This document shows positions 39,240 through 52,178 of a stretch of 64,000 bases of DNA, piece by piece. Where the stretch lies: NCBI RefSeq assembly GCF_964355755.1, contig NC_092673.1:16340948-16404947 (forward strand), written 5' to 3'. Position 1 is the stretch's first letter, and every line of letters begins with the position of its first letter. The position numbers were made by a program, and so were the translations under genes. This DNA comes from Antedon mediterranea. Its lineage: Eukaryota; Animalia; Echinodermata. The notes beneath the pieces are model-generated. The model was given only the letters and a program-made list of their open reading frames with translations. It had not been told where the DNA came from and did not search any database.

Positions 39240-42200
39240 ACATGTCGTAATAGACAGTTGTCAACATATTGAAGTTGTAACTCAGTTGTCAATTGTCTAC
39301 TCAATGCCGTAGTAGAGAGTTGTCAACATATTGAAGCTGTAACTCAGTTGTCAATTGTGTACTCAATGCTGTAGTAGACAGTTGTCAACATATTGAAGCT
39401 GTAACTCAGTTGTCAATTGTGTACTCAATGCTATAGTAGACAGTTGTCAACATATTGAAGCTGTAACTCATTTGTCAATTGTCTACTCAATGCTATAGTA
39501 GACAGTTGTCAACATATTGAAGCTGTAACTCAGTTGTCAATTGTGTACTCAATGCTGTAGTAGACAGTTGTCAACATATTGAAGCTGTAACTCAGTTGTC
39601 AATTGTGTACTCAACGCTGTAGTAGACAGTTGTCAACATATTGAAGCTGTAACTCAGTTGTCAATTGTGTACTCAATGCTGTAGTAGACAGTTGTCAACA
39701 TATGTAAGCTGTAACTCAGTTGTCAATTGTGTACTCAATGTTGTAGTAGACAGTTGTCAACATATTGAAGCTGCAACTCAGTTGTCAATTGTCTACTCAA
39801 TGCTGTAGTAGACAGTTGTCAACATATTGAAGCTGTAACTCAGTTGTCAATTGTTTACTCAATGCTGTAGTAGACAGTTGTCAACATATTGAAGCTGTAA
39901 CTCAGTTGTCAATTGTGTACTCAATGTTGTAGTAGGCAGTTGTCAACATATTGAAGCTGTAACTCAGTTGTCAATTGTCTACTCAATGCTGTAGTAGACA
40001 GTTGTCAACATATTGAAGCTGTAACTCAGTTGTCAATTGTGTACTCAATGCTGTAGTAGACAGTTGTCAACATATTGAAGCTGTAACTGAGTTGTCAATT
40101 GTCTACTCAATGCTGTAGTAGGCAGTTGTCAACATATTGAAGCTGTAACTCAGTTGTCAATTGTGTACTCAATGCTGTAGTAGACAGTTGTCAACATATT
40201 GAAGCTGTAACTCAGTTGTCAATTGTGTACTCAATGCTGTAGTAGACAGTTGTCAACATATTGAAGCTGTAACTCAGTTGTCAATTGTGTACTCAATGCT
40301 ATAGTAGACAGTTGTCAACATATTGAAGCTGTAACTCAGTTGTCAATTGTCTACTCAATGCTATAGTAGACAGTTGTCAACATATTGAAGCTGTAACTCG
40401 TTGTCAATTGTGTACTCAATGCTGTAGTAGACAGTTGTCAACATATTGAAGCTGTAACTCAGTTGTCAATTGTGTACTCAATGCTGTAGTAGACAGTTGT
40501 CAACATATTGAAGCTGTAACTGAGTTGTCAATTGTGTACTCAATGCTGTAGTAGACAGTTGTCAACATATTGAAGCTGTAACTCAGTTGTCAATTGTGTA
40601 CTCAATGCTGTAGTAGACAGTTGTCAACATATTGAAGCTGTAACTCAGTTGTCAATTGTGTACTCAATGCCGTAGTAGACAGTTGTCAACATATTGAAGC
40701 TGTAACTCAGTTGTCAAATGTCTACTCAATGCCGTAGTAGACAGTTGTCAACATATTGAAGCTGTAACTCAGTTGTCAATGTGTACTCAATGCTGTAGTA
40801 GACAGTTGTCAACATATTGAAGCTGTAACTCAGTTGTCAATTGTGTACTCAATGCTGTAGTAGACAGTTGTCAACATATTGAAGCTGTAACTCAGTTGTC
40901 AATTATGTACTCAATGCTGTAGTAGACAGTTGTCAACATATTGAAGCTGTAACTCAGTTGTCAATTGTGTACTCAATGCTGTAGTAGACAGTTGTCAACA
41001 TATAGAAGCTGTAACTCAGTTGTCAATTGTGTACTCAATGCTATAGTAGACAGTTGTCAACATATTGAAGCTGTAACTCAGTTGTCAATTGTGTACTCAA
41101 TGCTGTAGTAGACAGTTGTCAACATATTGAAGCTGTAACTCAGTTGTCAATTGTGTACTCAATGCTGTAGTAGACAGTTGTCAACATATAGAAGCTGTAA
41201 CTCAGTTGTCAATTGTTTACTCAATGCTGTAGTAGACAGTTGTCAACATATAGAAGCTGTAACTCAGTTGTCAATTGTGTACTCAATGCTGTAGTAGACA
41301 GTTATCAACATATTGAAGCTGTAACTCAGTTGTCAATTGTGTACTCAATGCTGTAGTAGACAGTTGTCAACATATTGAAGCTGTAACTCAGTTGTCAATT
41401 GTGTACTCAATGCTGTAGTAGACAGTTGTCAACATATGTAAGCTGTAACTCAGTTGTCAATTGTGTACTCAATGTTGTAGTAGACAGTTGTCAACATATT
41501 GAAGCTGCAACTCAGTTGTCAATTGTCTACTCAATGCTGTAGTAGACAGTTGTCAACATATTGAAGCTGTAACTCAGTTGTCAATTGTTTACTCAATGCT
41601 GTAGTAGACCGTTGTCAACATATAGAAGCTGTAACTCAGTTGTTAATTGTGTACTCAATGTTGTAGTAGGCAGTTGTCAACATATTGAAGCTGTAACTCA
41701 GTTGTCAATTGTCTACTCAATGCTGTAGTAGACAGTTGTCAACATATTGAAGCTGTAACTCAGTTGTCAATTGTGTACTCAATGCTGTAGTAGACAGTTG
41801 TCAACATATTGAAGCTGTAACTGAGTTGTCAATTGTCTACTCAATGCTGTAGTAGGCAGTTGTCAACATATTGAAGCTGTAACTCAGTTGTCAATTGTCT
41901 ACTCAATGTTGTAGTTAGGCAGTTGTCAACATATTGAAGCTGTAACTCAGTTGTCAATTGTGTACTCAATGCTGTAGTAGACAGTTGTCAACATATTGAA
42001 GCTGTAACTCAGTTGTCAATTGTGTACTCAATGCTGTAGTAGACAGTTGTCAACATATTGAAGCTGTAACTCAGTTGTCAATTGTCTACTCAATGTTGTA
42101 GTAGACAGTTGTCAACATATTGAAGCTGTAACTCAGTTGTCAATTGTGTACTCAATGCTGTAGTAGACAGTTGTCAACATATTGAAGCTGTAACTCAGTT

Positions 42201-42277
42201 GTCAATTGTCTACTCAATGCTGTAGTAGACAGTTGTCAACATATTGAAGCTGTAACTCAGTTGTCAATTCTACTCAT
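39240..42277. repeat. 62-bp satellite, about 49 units
   Basis: Unit tgctgtagtagacagttgtcaacatattgaagctgtaactcagttgtcaattgtgtactcaa; period 62 (39801, 39863). Confidence 0.97.
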
Positions 42278-43021
42278 TTATTTTGTCATCATTTCATATT
42301 GAAAACCAATTAATCTTATAAAAATAGTAAGCATGTCTGTCTGTCTGTCCATTTTCAAATAGTATTGTATGATTACAGTTTAGATATCTGTTACATAATT
42401 AGCATGCACATTTTGATTGGTAGGATATGGGAACAAAAAGTGGGTTTTTTTTAATATTGATACAATATTTAGTTGGATGGAAAATTAGAGATTCCCCTGC
42501 AGCTATAAACATGTTAAAGTAAAATAAAAATTTGATAAATGAAGAAAATTCAAATTAATAAGAGGACGCGATGGGGTATGAGGGAAGCAAATGGGTGTTT
42601 GATAGTGATATAATGATACTGATGATAATAATGTTGCTATTTTTTTGTATTAATAATGCGGTAGTTATGATTAATGATGCTAAATTGTATTTTAAATCAA
42701 GAAATCCTGTAATAATTTAGACCCATGACAGTCTAAGTGTATTGTAACCAAGACAACAACATTTTCCACATAATTTGTTGTGGATAAATCCAAAAGCTGT
42801 AGGAATCACTGTATTTATAGTACAGGGATTTTAACAACACAATTTGTTGTGAATAATATCTAAAAGCTGTAGGAATCACTGAATTTATCATGGTAGAGGG
42901 ATTTTAACAACACAATTTGTTGTGGATAAATCTAAAAGCTGTAGGAATCACTGTATTTATAGTACAGGGATTTTAACAACACAATTTGTTGTGGATAAAT
43001 CTAAAAGCTGTAGGAATCACT

Positions 43022-44107
43022 GGTACTGGTACTGGTTCAAATAACCGTCTCACAGAGACATCTGGTAGCCATTGACTTGAAGTTGGCATTTGGATGTGTT
43101 ACTTTTAAATGTAGGCCTACAGTATGAGAGTGACTACTACCAAATTACACAGTCAAAAACAACTTATAAAACAGTTCATATATACAGTTAAAACATTGCT
43201 GGGAATTATAAATTTCTGTTGAAGCAGGCTCTAATGAAGTTGCATCTAGTAAGTTGACTTTGTTGTACAACTCTATCAAGTACTGATGGTATCTTCCGAC
43301 CTCTTCGTTTACTTTGTGTTGTGTGAAAAGTAAGAATTTTTGTAGGATCTTCATTTTCTTTTCTAATTACATGTCCGATCCAGTTGAATTGTTGCTTGTA
43401 GACATATTCTTCTAGCGGTTGACAGCCAGTAATTTTGTAGAGATCGTCATTATCAATTACGTAACGCCAGTCTATATAGTTTTCATCTGTTTCATCATCT
43501 GAGGATATGTCTACATGGTTTGGTGGGCAGACTCTTTGAAAGCCATTCACTAGCATTCTTCTTAGGAAGGTTTTGTATGTTGTGCTAAGTTTGGACATTT
43601 CACTTCCTGTTGCCCTCCAAGCATGGCAACCATAGGTGAGTCTACTCCTAACTAGACCATTAAGAAACATCATTCTTGTTTGTAGGTGGATCGTTCTGTT
43701 GGTAAGCAATGCCCTATTCTCTGCAAATGCTCCTTTGGCTGAATTGATTCTGTATTTTACTTCTTGATCTCCAATATGAACATCATTGTAGGTAGCCCAT
43801 ACACCAAGGTATCTAAAGTGTGTTACGTTGTTAATGTGTACGCCGCCAATTTGTATGATGCATCTTGGGTATTCTTCAACTTCCTCTTTCCAGTTCCATA
43901 TAATGGTTTCTGTTTTGGGGGCACTAATTCTTAGGCCAAATTCCAGACAAACTTTATTCAAGATGTTCACAATGGTTTGCAGTTCTTCTTGTGACCAGGA
44001 GCTTACAGCAAAGTCGTCAGCATAGCCACTTTCAAAGTCGTCATAGATGCCCCTTGATGGTGCTTTACATCTTTGAGCACGATTTGTAGCTTCAATAGGA
44101 ATTAGGT
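43022..44107 (-). mobile_element. 5'-truncated non-LTR retrotransposon (RTE-like) with an open RT C-terminal ORF
   Basis: ORF 43206-44111 with YADD, GLRISAPKTE, FRYLG, LTYGCHAW, WIGHVIR; 3' tail of CCAGTA repeats. Confidence 0.88.
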
Positions 44108-45274
44108 ACACAATTTGTTGTGGATAAATCTAAAAGCTGTAGAAATCACTGTATTATAGTACAGGGATTTTAACAACACAATTTGTGGGTGTCACGAAAG
44201 CTCAGACCACGAAAGCTCAGACCCCCTAAGACCTAAGATCACGAAAGCTAAGACCCAACACCTAAGATTACAAATACTAAGATATACTACAGATTAAAAA
44301 CAATACTTGTTAATCCATACATAATTTTAAACACAGTAGGTTTCATTTATTACCATAAATATAATTTAATACTACCGCAAAACATAGATAAACTCACATT
44401 ATTTTCGCCCGTTGAGTAAATGTATATTTTTTCTTTACAACAAACAAACTTGACGGGTTGTTTGTTGGTATATATTTACTCCATTGTGTTGGTTCAGAGG
44501 ATGTTTTTCTTACGCACCTGCCTTTCTTGTATTTTGACTCCAAATTTGTTGACTAACTTTATCCTGAACACCACACTTTAAAATTAGGACTTATAAGTAC
44601 TTTCAGAAGGAGAAACACATAATAACAAATAAATAAATCCTTTAAATTGATGATTTTACATATGTGTTTCTTTGTATACTGTAATGTAACTCCTCGAGCT
44701 CCCACCATGCTCAATGTTTTTGTTTCCATGGAGCGCCAAAAGAGCAACAATAATAGTACAAGCATAAAAACAGAAAGAAAACGAAACAAAAAAACTTATC
44801 ATGATTTTTAAATTAAAATTTATTTGCCAGTATTTATTTCTTCGTACTTGCATGATTATACTATTATCATTACAATTTTAATTTTACATTGTTCCATCCA
44901 CACTGTAGATGGACTCCACAGAGTTTTCAGCCCTCTATATAATTTTTGCTCTTTTGACGTTCCATAGAAACAAAAACATTGAACATGGGGTAGGCCGAGC
45001 TATATTGTGTAGTCGTTTTTTGATAACTGAGAGCTATCAGTGTGTATAATCCTCGTACATAATTGTTTCTTAGTTGTAATAAAGAACACATTATTATAAT
45101 ATCAAGCATGTTATTATGATATACAAATTTATAGGTATCAATACTGATATTTTTACTTTAAAAAATTTCAATAAGTTTTTTAATAACACAGAAACAACAT
45201 TCTTAATTTAACAAATGATATGTAGTACTACTAAATCAATGTCTAATTGCATAAGGACTATGTGTACAGTATTA

Positions 45275-47478
45275 TGATCAGTGTAGTTACAATTTGATAA
45301 CTGAGCACGCATCTCACATCTACCTCATCAATAATTATTATTAATAATCTATATCACGTTGTTGAATATGATGAGTGTAGTCATAATTTGATAACTGAGC
45401 ACGCATCTTTTAGAATCTACGTCATCAATTTTAATATTAATATCATATATCACATTGTTGGATATGATCAGTGTAGTCATAATTTGATAACTGAGCACGT
45501 ATCTTTTAATATCTACATCATCAATAATTATTATTAATAATCTATATCACATTGTTGGATATGATCAGTGTAGTCGTCATTTGATAACTGAGCACGCATC
45601 TTTAAATATCTACCGCATCAAAATTAATATAAATAATCTATATCACATTGTTGGATATGATCAGTGTAGTCGTAATTTGATAACTGAGCACGCATCTTTA
45701 AATATCTACCTCATTAATAATTTATATTAATATCATATATCACATTGTTGGATATGATCAGTGTAGTCAGAATTTGATAACTGAGCACGTATCCTTTAAT
45801 ATCTACCTCAATAATAATTTATATTAATATCATATATCACATTGTTGGATATGATCAGTGTAGTCAGAATTTGATAACTGAGCACGCATCTTTTAATATC
45901 TACCTCATTAATAATTTATATTAATATCATATATCACATTGTTGATGATATGATCAGTGTAGTCGTAATTTGATAACTGAGCACGCATCTTTAAATATCT
46001 ACCTCATTAATAATTTATATTAATATCATATATCACATTGTTGATGATATGATCAGTGTAGTCGTAATTTGATAACTGAGCACGCATCTTTAAATATCTA
46101 CCTCATTAATAATTTATATTAATATCATGCATATATCACATTGTTGGATATGATCAGTGTAGTCAGAATTTGATAACTGAGCACGTATCTTTTAATATCT
46201 ACCTCAATAATAATTTATATTAATATCATATATCACATTGTTGGATATGATCAGTGTAGTCAGAATTTGATAACTGAGCACGCATCTTTTAATATCTACC
46301 TCATTAATAATTTATATTAATATCATATATCACATTGTTGGATATGATCAGTGTAGTCAGAATTTGATAACTGAGCACGCATCTTTCAATATCTACCTCA
46401 TTAATAATTTATATTAATATCATATATCACATTGTTGGATATGATCAGTGTAGTCAGAATTTGATAACTGAGCACGCATCTTTTAATATCTACGTCATCA
46501 ATAATTTATATTAATATCATATATCACATTGTTGGATATGATCAGTGTAGTCGTCATTTGATAACTGATCACGTATCTTTCAATATCTACCACATCATTA
46601 ATTAATATTAATATCATATATCACATTGTTGGATATGATCAGTGTAGTCATAATTTGATAACTGAGCACGTATCTTTTAATATCTACCTCAATAATAATT
46701 TATATTAATATCATATATCACATTGTTGGATATGATCAGTGTAGTCAGAATTTGATAACTGAGCACGCATCTTTCAATATCTACCGCATCAATAATTCAT
46801 ATTAATATCATATATCACATTGTTGGATAGGATCAGTGTAGTCGTCATTTGATAACTGATCACGTATCTGTCAATATCTACCTCATTAATAATTTATATT
46901 AATATCATATATCACATTGTTGGATATGATCAGTGTAGTCGTCATTTGATAACTGATCACGTATCTGTCAATATCTACCTCATTAATAATTTATATTAAT
47001 ATCATATATCACATTGTTGGATATGATCAGTGTAGTCAGAATTTGATAACTGAGCACGCATCTTTCAATATCTACCTCATTAATAATTTATATTAATATC
47101 ATATATCACATTGTTGGATATGATCCGTGTAGTCAGAATTTGATAACTGAGGACGTATCTTTCAATATCTACCTCATTAAGAATTATTATTAATATCCTA
47201 TATCACATTGTTGAATATGATGAGTGCAGTCATAATTTGATAACTGAGCACGCATCTTTCAATATCTACCTCAATAATAATTTATATTAATATCATATAT
47301 CACATTGTTGGATATGATCAGTGTAGTCGTAATTTGATAACTGAGCACGCATCTTTAAATATCTACCTCATTAATAATTTATATTAATATCATATATCAC
47401 ATTGTTGGATATGATCAGTGTAGTCAGAAATTGATAACTGAGCACGTATCTTTTAATATCTACCTCAATAATAATTTA
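45275..47478. repeat. 97-bp tandem repeat, about 22 units, inside the TIR element
   Basis: gatatgatcagtgtagtc at 46341, 46438, 46535. Confidence 0.95.
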
Positions 47479-47479
47479 C

Positions 47480-48268
47480 CTAATCACTTCAAGAACAACA
47501 CGAAGAAGGTCCTAGTAACACATCACACGTCCATGATGGCAAACTGCAATCAGAAGTTATCATGATGTCAGAGATGACACACGGACAACACACATTGGAA
47601 GAAGGGGACCAACTGGTCTTATTGTATGCCTTTGATTGTATGAACAAAGACCCAAATGCCAATGTTGACATATTTTCTGTAGATACTGATGTCTTTATCC
47701 TTTTAACAGGAAGCTATCCTCTACTTCCTCCAATGACCACATTTTGTAGGAAAAGAGGGGAAAAAATACCTATATGGGAATGCTATTACCGACAAATATC
47801 AGCAGCACTGATTGGATGGTACTCATTTAAAGGTGCAGATAACACAGGTACATTTGCTGGAAAAGGAGTGTCCGCCCATTTCAAAACACTTATGAAATGT
47901 GACGATGAAATACTAGATGCATTTGCTGTATATGGACTGACCTCTGAAATACCAAATTGGATTTTCAGGCAAATGGAAAGATACGTTTGCATATTATACA
48001 TTATGTCACACACTTGAGATGGATGTTATTTTCACAGAAAGGCAAGGAAGGACAACAATTACCTCCAACCATGGGAACTCTCAGACCACACGTGGAAAGA
48101 GCATACTACATGTCTATTGTATGGAATTCATCATGCAAGCCAACTCCATCTATTCCACCAGCAACTGACTACTCCTGGCAACTAGAAGATGGTCAGTTGA
48201 AGCCGGTATTTTGCAACAATCCACCAGCACCAAAGCTCTTCTAGAAATTCGTCGATGTACCTGCAATG
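47480..48268 (+). pseudogene. Academ-type XPG nuclease domain remnant (third family)
   Basis: EEGD, VDTDVFILL, GADNTGTFAGKG, LPPTMGTLRPHVERAYY..W, PPAP..LLEIRRCTC. Confidence 0.75.
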
Positions 48269-48271
48269 GTT

Positions 48272-50343
48272 GAGTGTTGACAAAGTGCGAGGCAGCGAGG
48301 CACGCGAGGCAAGCGAGGCATGCGCGGCATGCCAAATATTTGTGCGAGGCATCATTTTATCATTTCCAAAAGTGCGAGGCATGCGAGGCATATAGTTTAC
48401 AATTTCAAAAAGGTGCGAGGCATATCTTAACGTGCTATTATGATATATTATAGGCCTAATAATCAATCGATACAAGCGTATCTAAATAGATTCGTGTATA
48501 CACTCATCATGTTGTTTATTTTTATGTAACGATTGTTTTTTCATTCAAGTCATATCGTGTCAAATTTTACTTTTACAAAAGTGCCCAAACTATACGGTTC
48601 AAAAATCTGAACGACAGTCTTCAACTTTCGATAAACAATAATTGTTATAGCGACACACTCATCAAATGACTGCAATGTTTGTTGGCATTTCGAGCGTGTT
48701 CACTCACATGTCTCTCGAACATAGCAGAGTGAAAATAATATTTTGTCACACCCCTGCGCCTAGATCCGGTAGACCCGAGAGATGGACAATCCCTCTTTAC
48801 TATTTAGCAGGTAGCGGAATGATTCAGCCCTCAGCTCAGAGGATCGTGGTGCATTCCACTCCTATAGCACGTGGTTTCAGCAGCAACGCACAGACTTCTC
48901 TCTGAGCGGCGTGCCAAAGACATTTTTGACATTCCATTCTCTAGGAACAACACGTGTACCTCTCTCGCAAATAAGGTGAACAGCGATTGCCAGGACAAGT
49001 TCAATAACTGGCGGTGAATAAAAGGTAACTGATATGCCGATCCAATAACATGCCGCAAAGAAAAAAATTGCGACAGAATTCTGGAGCGCGTGTGAAAAAA
49101 GACTTACGTCCGACAATTGTAATACTAGGCCTAAAATTAAACTTTAGCTAATATGCTTAGCCCTAACCTAGATAAGAGGCCTATGTAGAAAATAATTTAA
49201 TCAATTTTGATAAAATAATAATTGGTGTAATATTTAATAATGATACACTATTCCTGTTTTAGTAAGCTAGGTATATTACGAACGATTTTTATTTATTGTT
49301 GTCCATGTACGTACTAATAAACCTGGCGCTAGTTTCCTTCGCTTGTATTTTTACTCCAAATGTGATAACTAACTTTATCGTGTGAATACCACACCTTAGA
49401 AGTATACCTCATGAGTACTTTAATGAAAGAATCACATAAAAAGTAACAAATAAATCCTTAAATTAATGATTTTACAGGCGTGTTTCTCGCACACTGTTCG
49501 CGAATTTCACTTATTCAATGTTCAATATTTTTGTTTCTATGGAGCGCCAAAAGAGCAACGATAATAGAGGACTAAAACTCAGTGGAATGCGTCAATTTCT
49601 CATGCATTTATTGGTGAAAAACACGTTTTATTTCAATATATTTGTTAATTTGTCAATAAAAATGTTGTAATATGTTACTGCTGATACTGTTATGTTTTCA
49701 AAGAATAATAATCGATCCTAAATCAACATCACTACCTAGTCTAGACCTAGGACATCCTACTAAGGATATTATGATGAATTTTTCTATTTTATTCTTTAAA
49801 AGGTTAACGAAACCGTGTACATTATCAACAGTAACATTTTTCCTTACTGACAGTGACAAAATCTATTGAAATTGTACTTGATTTTCACCAAATAATGCGT
49901 TAAATATAAATGGATTCCACAGAGTTTTTAGCCCTCTAATTAATTTTGCTCTTTTGGCGTTCCATAGAAACCAAAATATTGAACATTGAGTGTGCGAAAT
50001 GTGCGAGAAAAACAACGTCTGTAAAATCACCAATTTAATGGATTTATTGTTACTTTTATGTGATTTTTCTTCATTAAAGTAGGCCTACTAATTCTAAGCT
50101 GTGGTATTCAGGATAAAGCCTTGGTTAAATTACAAGGCAGGTGCAAAAGGAAACTAGCCTAGCGGACCTAGGCCTAGGCTACTTCAATTTCGGTGATTTC
50201 CTGCCTTGCAATTTTGAGAAATGATAAAATGATGCCTCGCATTTTTTGATGATGGTAAAACGATGCCTCGCATAAATTTCTGACTTGCCTCGCATGCCTT
50301 CCCTGCCTCGCGTGCCTCGCTGCCTCGCACTTTGTTACTACCC
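48272..50343. mobile_element. Nested TIR element with gcgaggca sub-repeats
   Basis: acaaagtgcgaggcagcgaggcacgcgaggca is inverted at about 50300-50335; truncates the Academ remnant. Confidence 0.7.
49325..50160. mobile_element. Foldback MITE (same family as 61415-62303)
   Basis: ggcgctagtttccttcgc ... gcaaaaggaaactagcc; long inverted arms. Confidence 0.7.
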
Positions 50344-52178
50344 GGGTAGGCCTACTGTAGTACTGTAGGCTAGTCATTTTGTGTGCGAGAAAAACGTCTG
50401 TAAAATCATCAATTTAAAAATGTATTTGTTACTTTTTATGTGATTCTTTTTCATGAAAGTGCCAATTCTAAGGTGTGGTATTCAGAATAAATGTTGGGAG
50501 TTAAAATACAAGGCAGGTGCGAAAGATAAATATTTGTAATCTTAGGTGTTGGGTCTTAGCTTTCGTGATCTTAGGTCTTAGGGGGTCTGAGCTTTCGTGG
50601 TCTGAGCTTTCGTGACACCCGGATTTTAACAACACAATTTGTTGTGGATAAATCCAAAAGCTGTAGGAATCCCTGTATTTATAGTACAGGGATTTTAACA
50701 ACACAATTTGTTGTGGATAAATCTAAAAGCTGTAGGAATCCCTGTATTTATAGTACAGGGATTTTGACAAAACAATTTGTTGTGGATAAATCTAAAAGCT
50801 GTAGGAATCACTGTATTTATAGTACAGGGATTTTAACAACACAATTTGTTGTGGATAAATCTAAAAGCTGTAGGAATCCCTGTATTTATAGTACAGGGAT
50901 TTTAACAACACAATTTGTTGTGGATAAATCTAAAAGCTGTAGGAATCCCTGTATTTATAGTACAGGGATTTTAACAACACAATTTGTTGTGGATAAATCT
51001 AAAAGCTGTAGGGATCCCTGTATTTGTAGTACAGGGATTTTAACAACACAATTTGTTGTGGATTAATCTAAAAGCTGTAGGAATCCCTGTATTTATAGTA
51101 CAGGGATTTTAACAACACAATTTGTTGTGGATAAATCTAAAAGCTGTAGGAATCCCTGTATTTGTAGTACAGGGATTTTAACAACACAATTTGTTGTGGA
51201 TAAATCTAAAAGCTGTAGGAATCACTGTATTTATAGTACAGGGATTTTAACAACACAATTTGTTGTGGATAAATCTAAAAGCTGTAGGAATCACTGTATT
51301 TATAGTACAGGGATTTTAACAACACAATTTGTTGTGGATAAATCCAAAAGCTGTAGGAATCACTGTATTTATAGTACAGGGATTTTGACAACACAATTTG
51401 TTGTGGATAAATCTAAAAGCTGTAGGAATCACTGTATTTATAGTACAGGGATTTTAACAACACAATTTGTTGTGGATAAATCTAAAAGCTGTAGGAATCA
51501 CTGTATTTATAGTACAGGGATTTTAACAACACAATTTGTTGTGGATAAATCCAAAAGCTGTAGGAATCACTGTATTTATAGTACAGGGATTTTAACAACA
51601 CAATTTGTTGTGGATAAATCTAAAAGCTGTAGGAATCCCTGTATTTATAGTACAGGGATTTTAACAACACAATTTGTTGTGGATAAATCCAAAAGCTGTA
51701 GGAATCACTGTATTTATAGTACAGGGATTTTAACAACACAATTTGTTGTGGATAAATCTAAAAGCTGTAGGAATCACTGTATTTATAGTACAGGGATTTT
51801 AACAACACAATTTGTTGTGGATAAATCTAAAAGCTGTAGGAATCACTGTATTTATAGTACAGGGATTTTGACAACACAATTTGTTGTGGATAAATCTAAA
51901 AGCTGTAGGAATCCCTGTATTTATAGTACAGGGATTTTAACAACACAATTTGTTGTGGATAAATCTAAAAGCTGTAGGAATCACTGTATTTATAGTACAG
52001 GGATTTTGACAACACAATTTGTTGTGGATAATTCTAAAAGCTGTAGGAATCATCACTGTATTTATAGTACAGGGATTTTAACAACACAATTTGTTGTGGA
52101 TAAATCCAAAAGCTGTAGGAATCACTGTATTTATAGTACAGGGATTTTAACAACACAATTTGTTGTGGATAAATCCAA

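Larger units (their letters stand above)
44187..50620. mobile_element. 6.4-kb composite TIR element (GGG..CCC ends, Mutator-like by termini)
   Basis: About 90-bp TIR GGGTGTCACGAAAGCTCAGACCACGAAAGCTCAGACCCCC, perfectly inverted at 50620; flanked by 69-bp satellite; no clear short TSD. Confidence 0.8.

Noticed and set aside
39240-47478. CRISPR-like appearance of the 62-bp and 97-bp arrays
   Set aside because: No unique spacers and no cas genes; whole units are repeated
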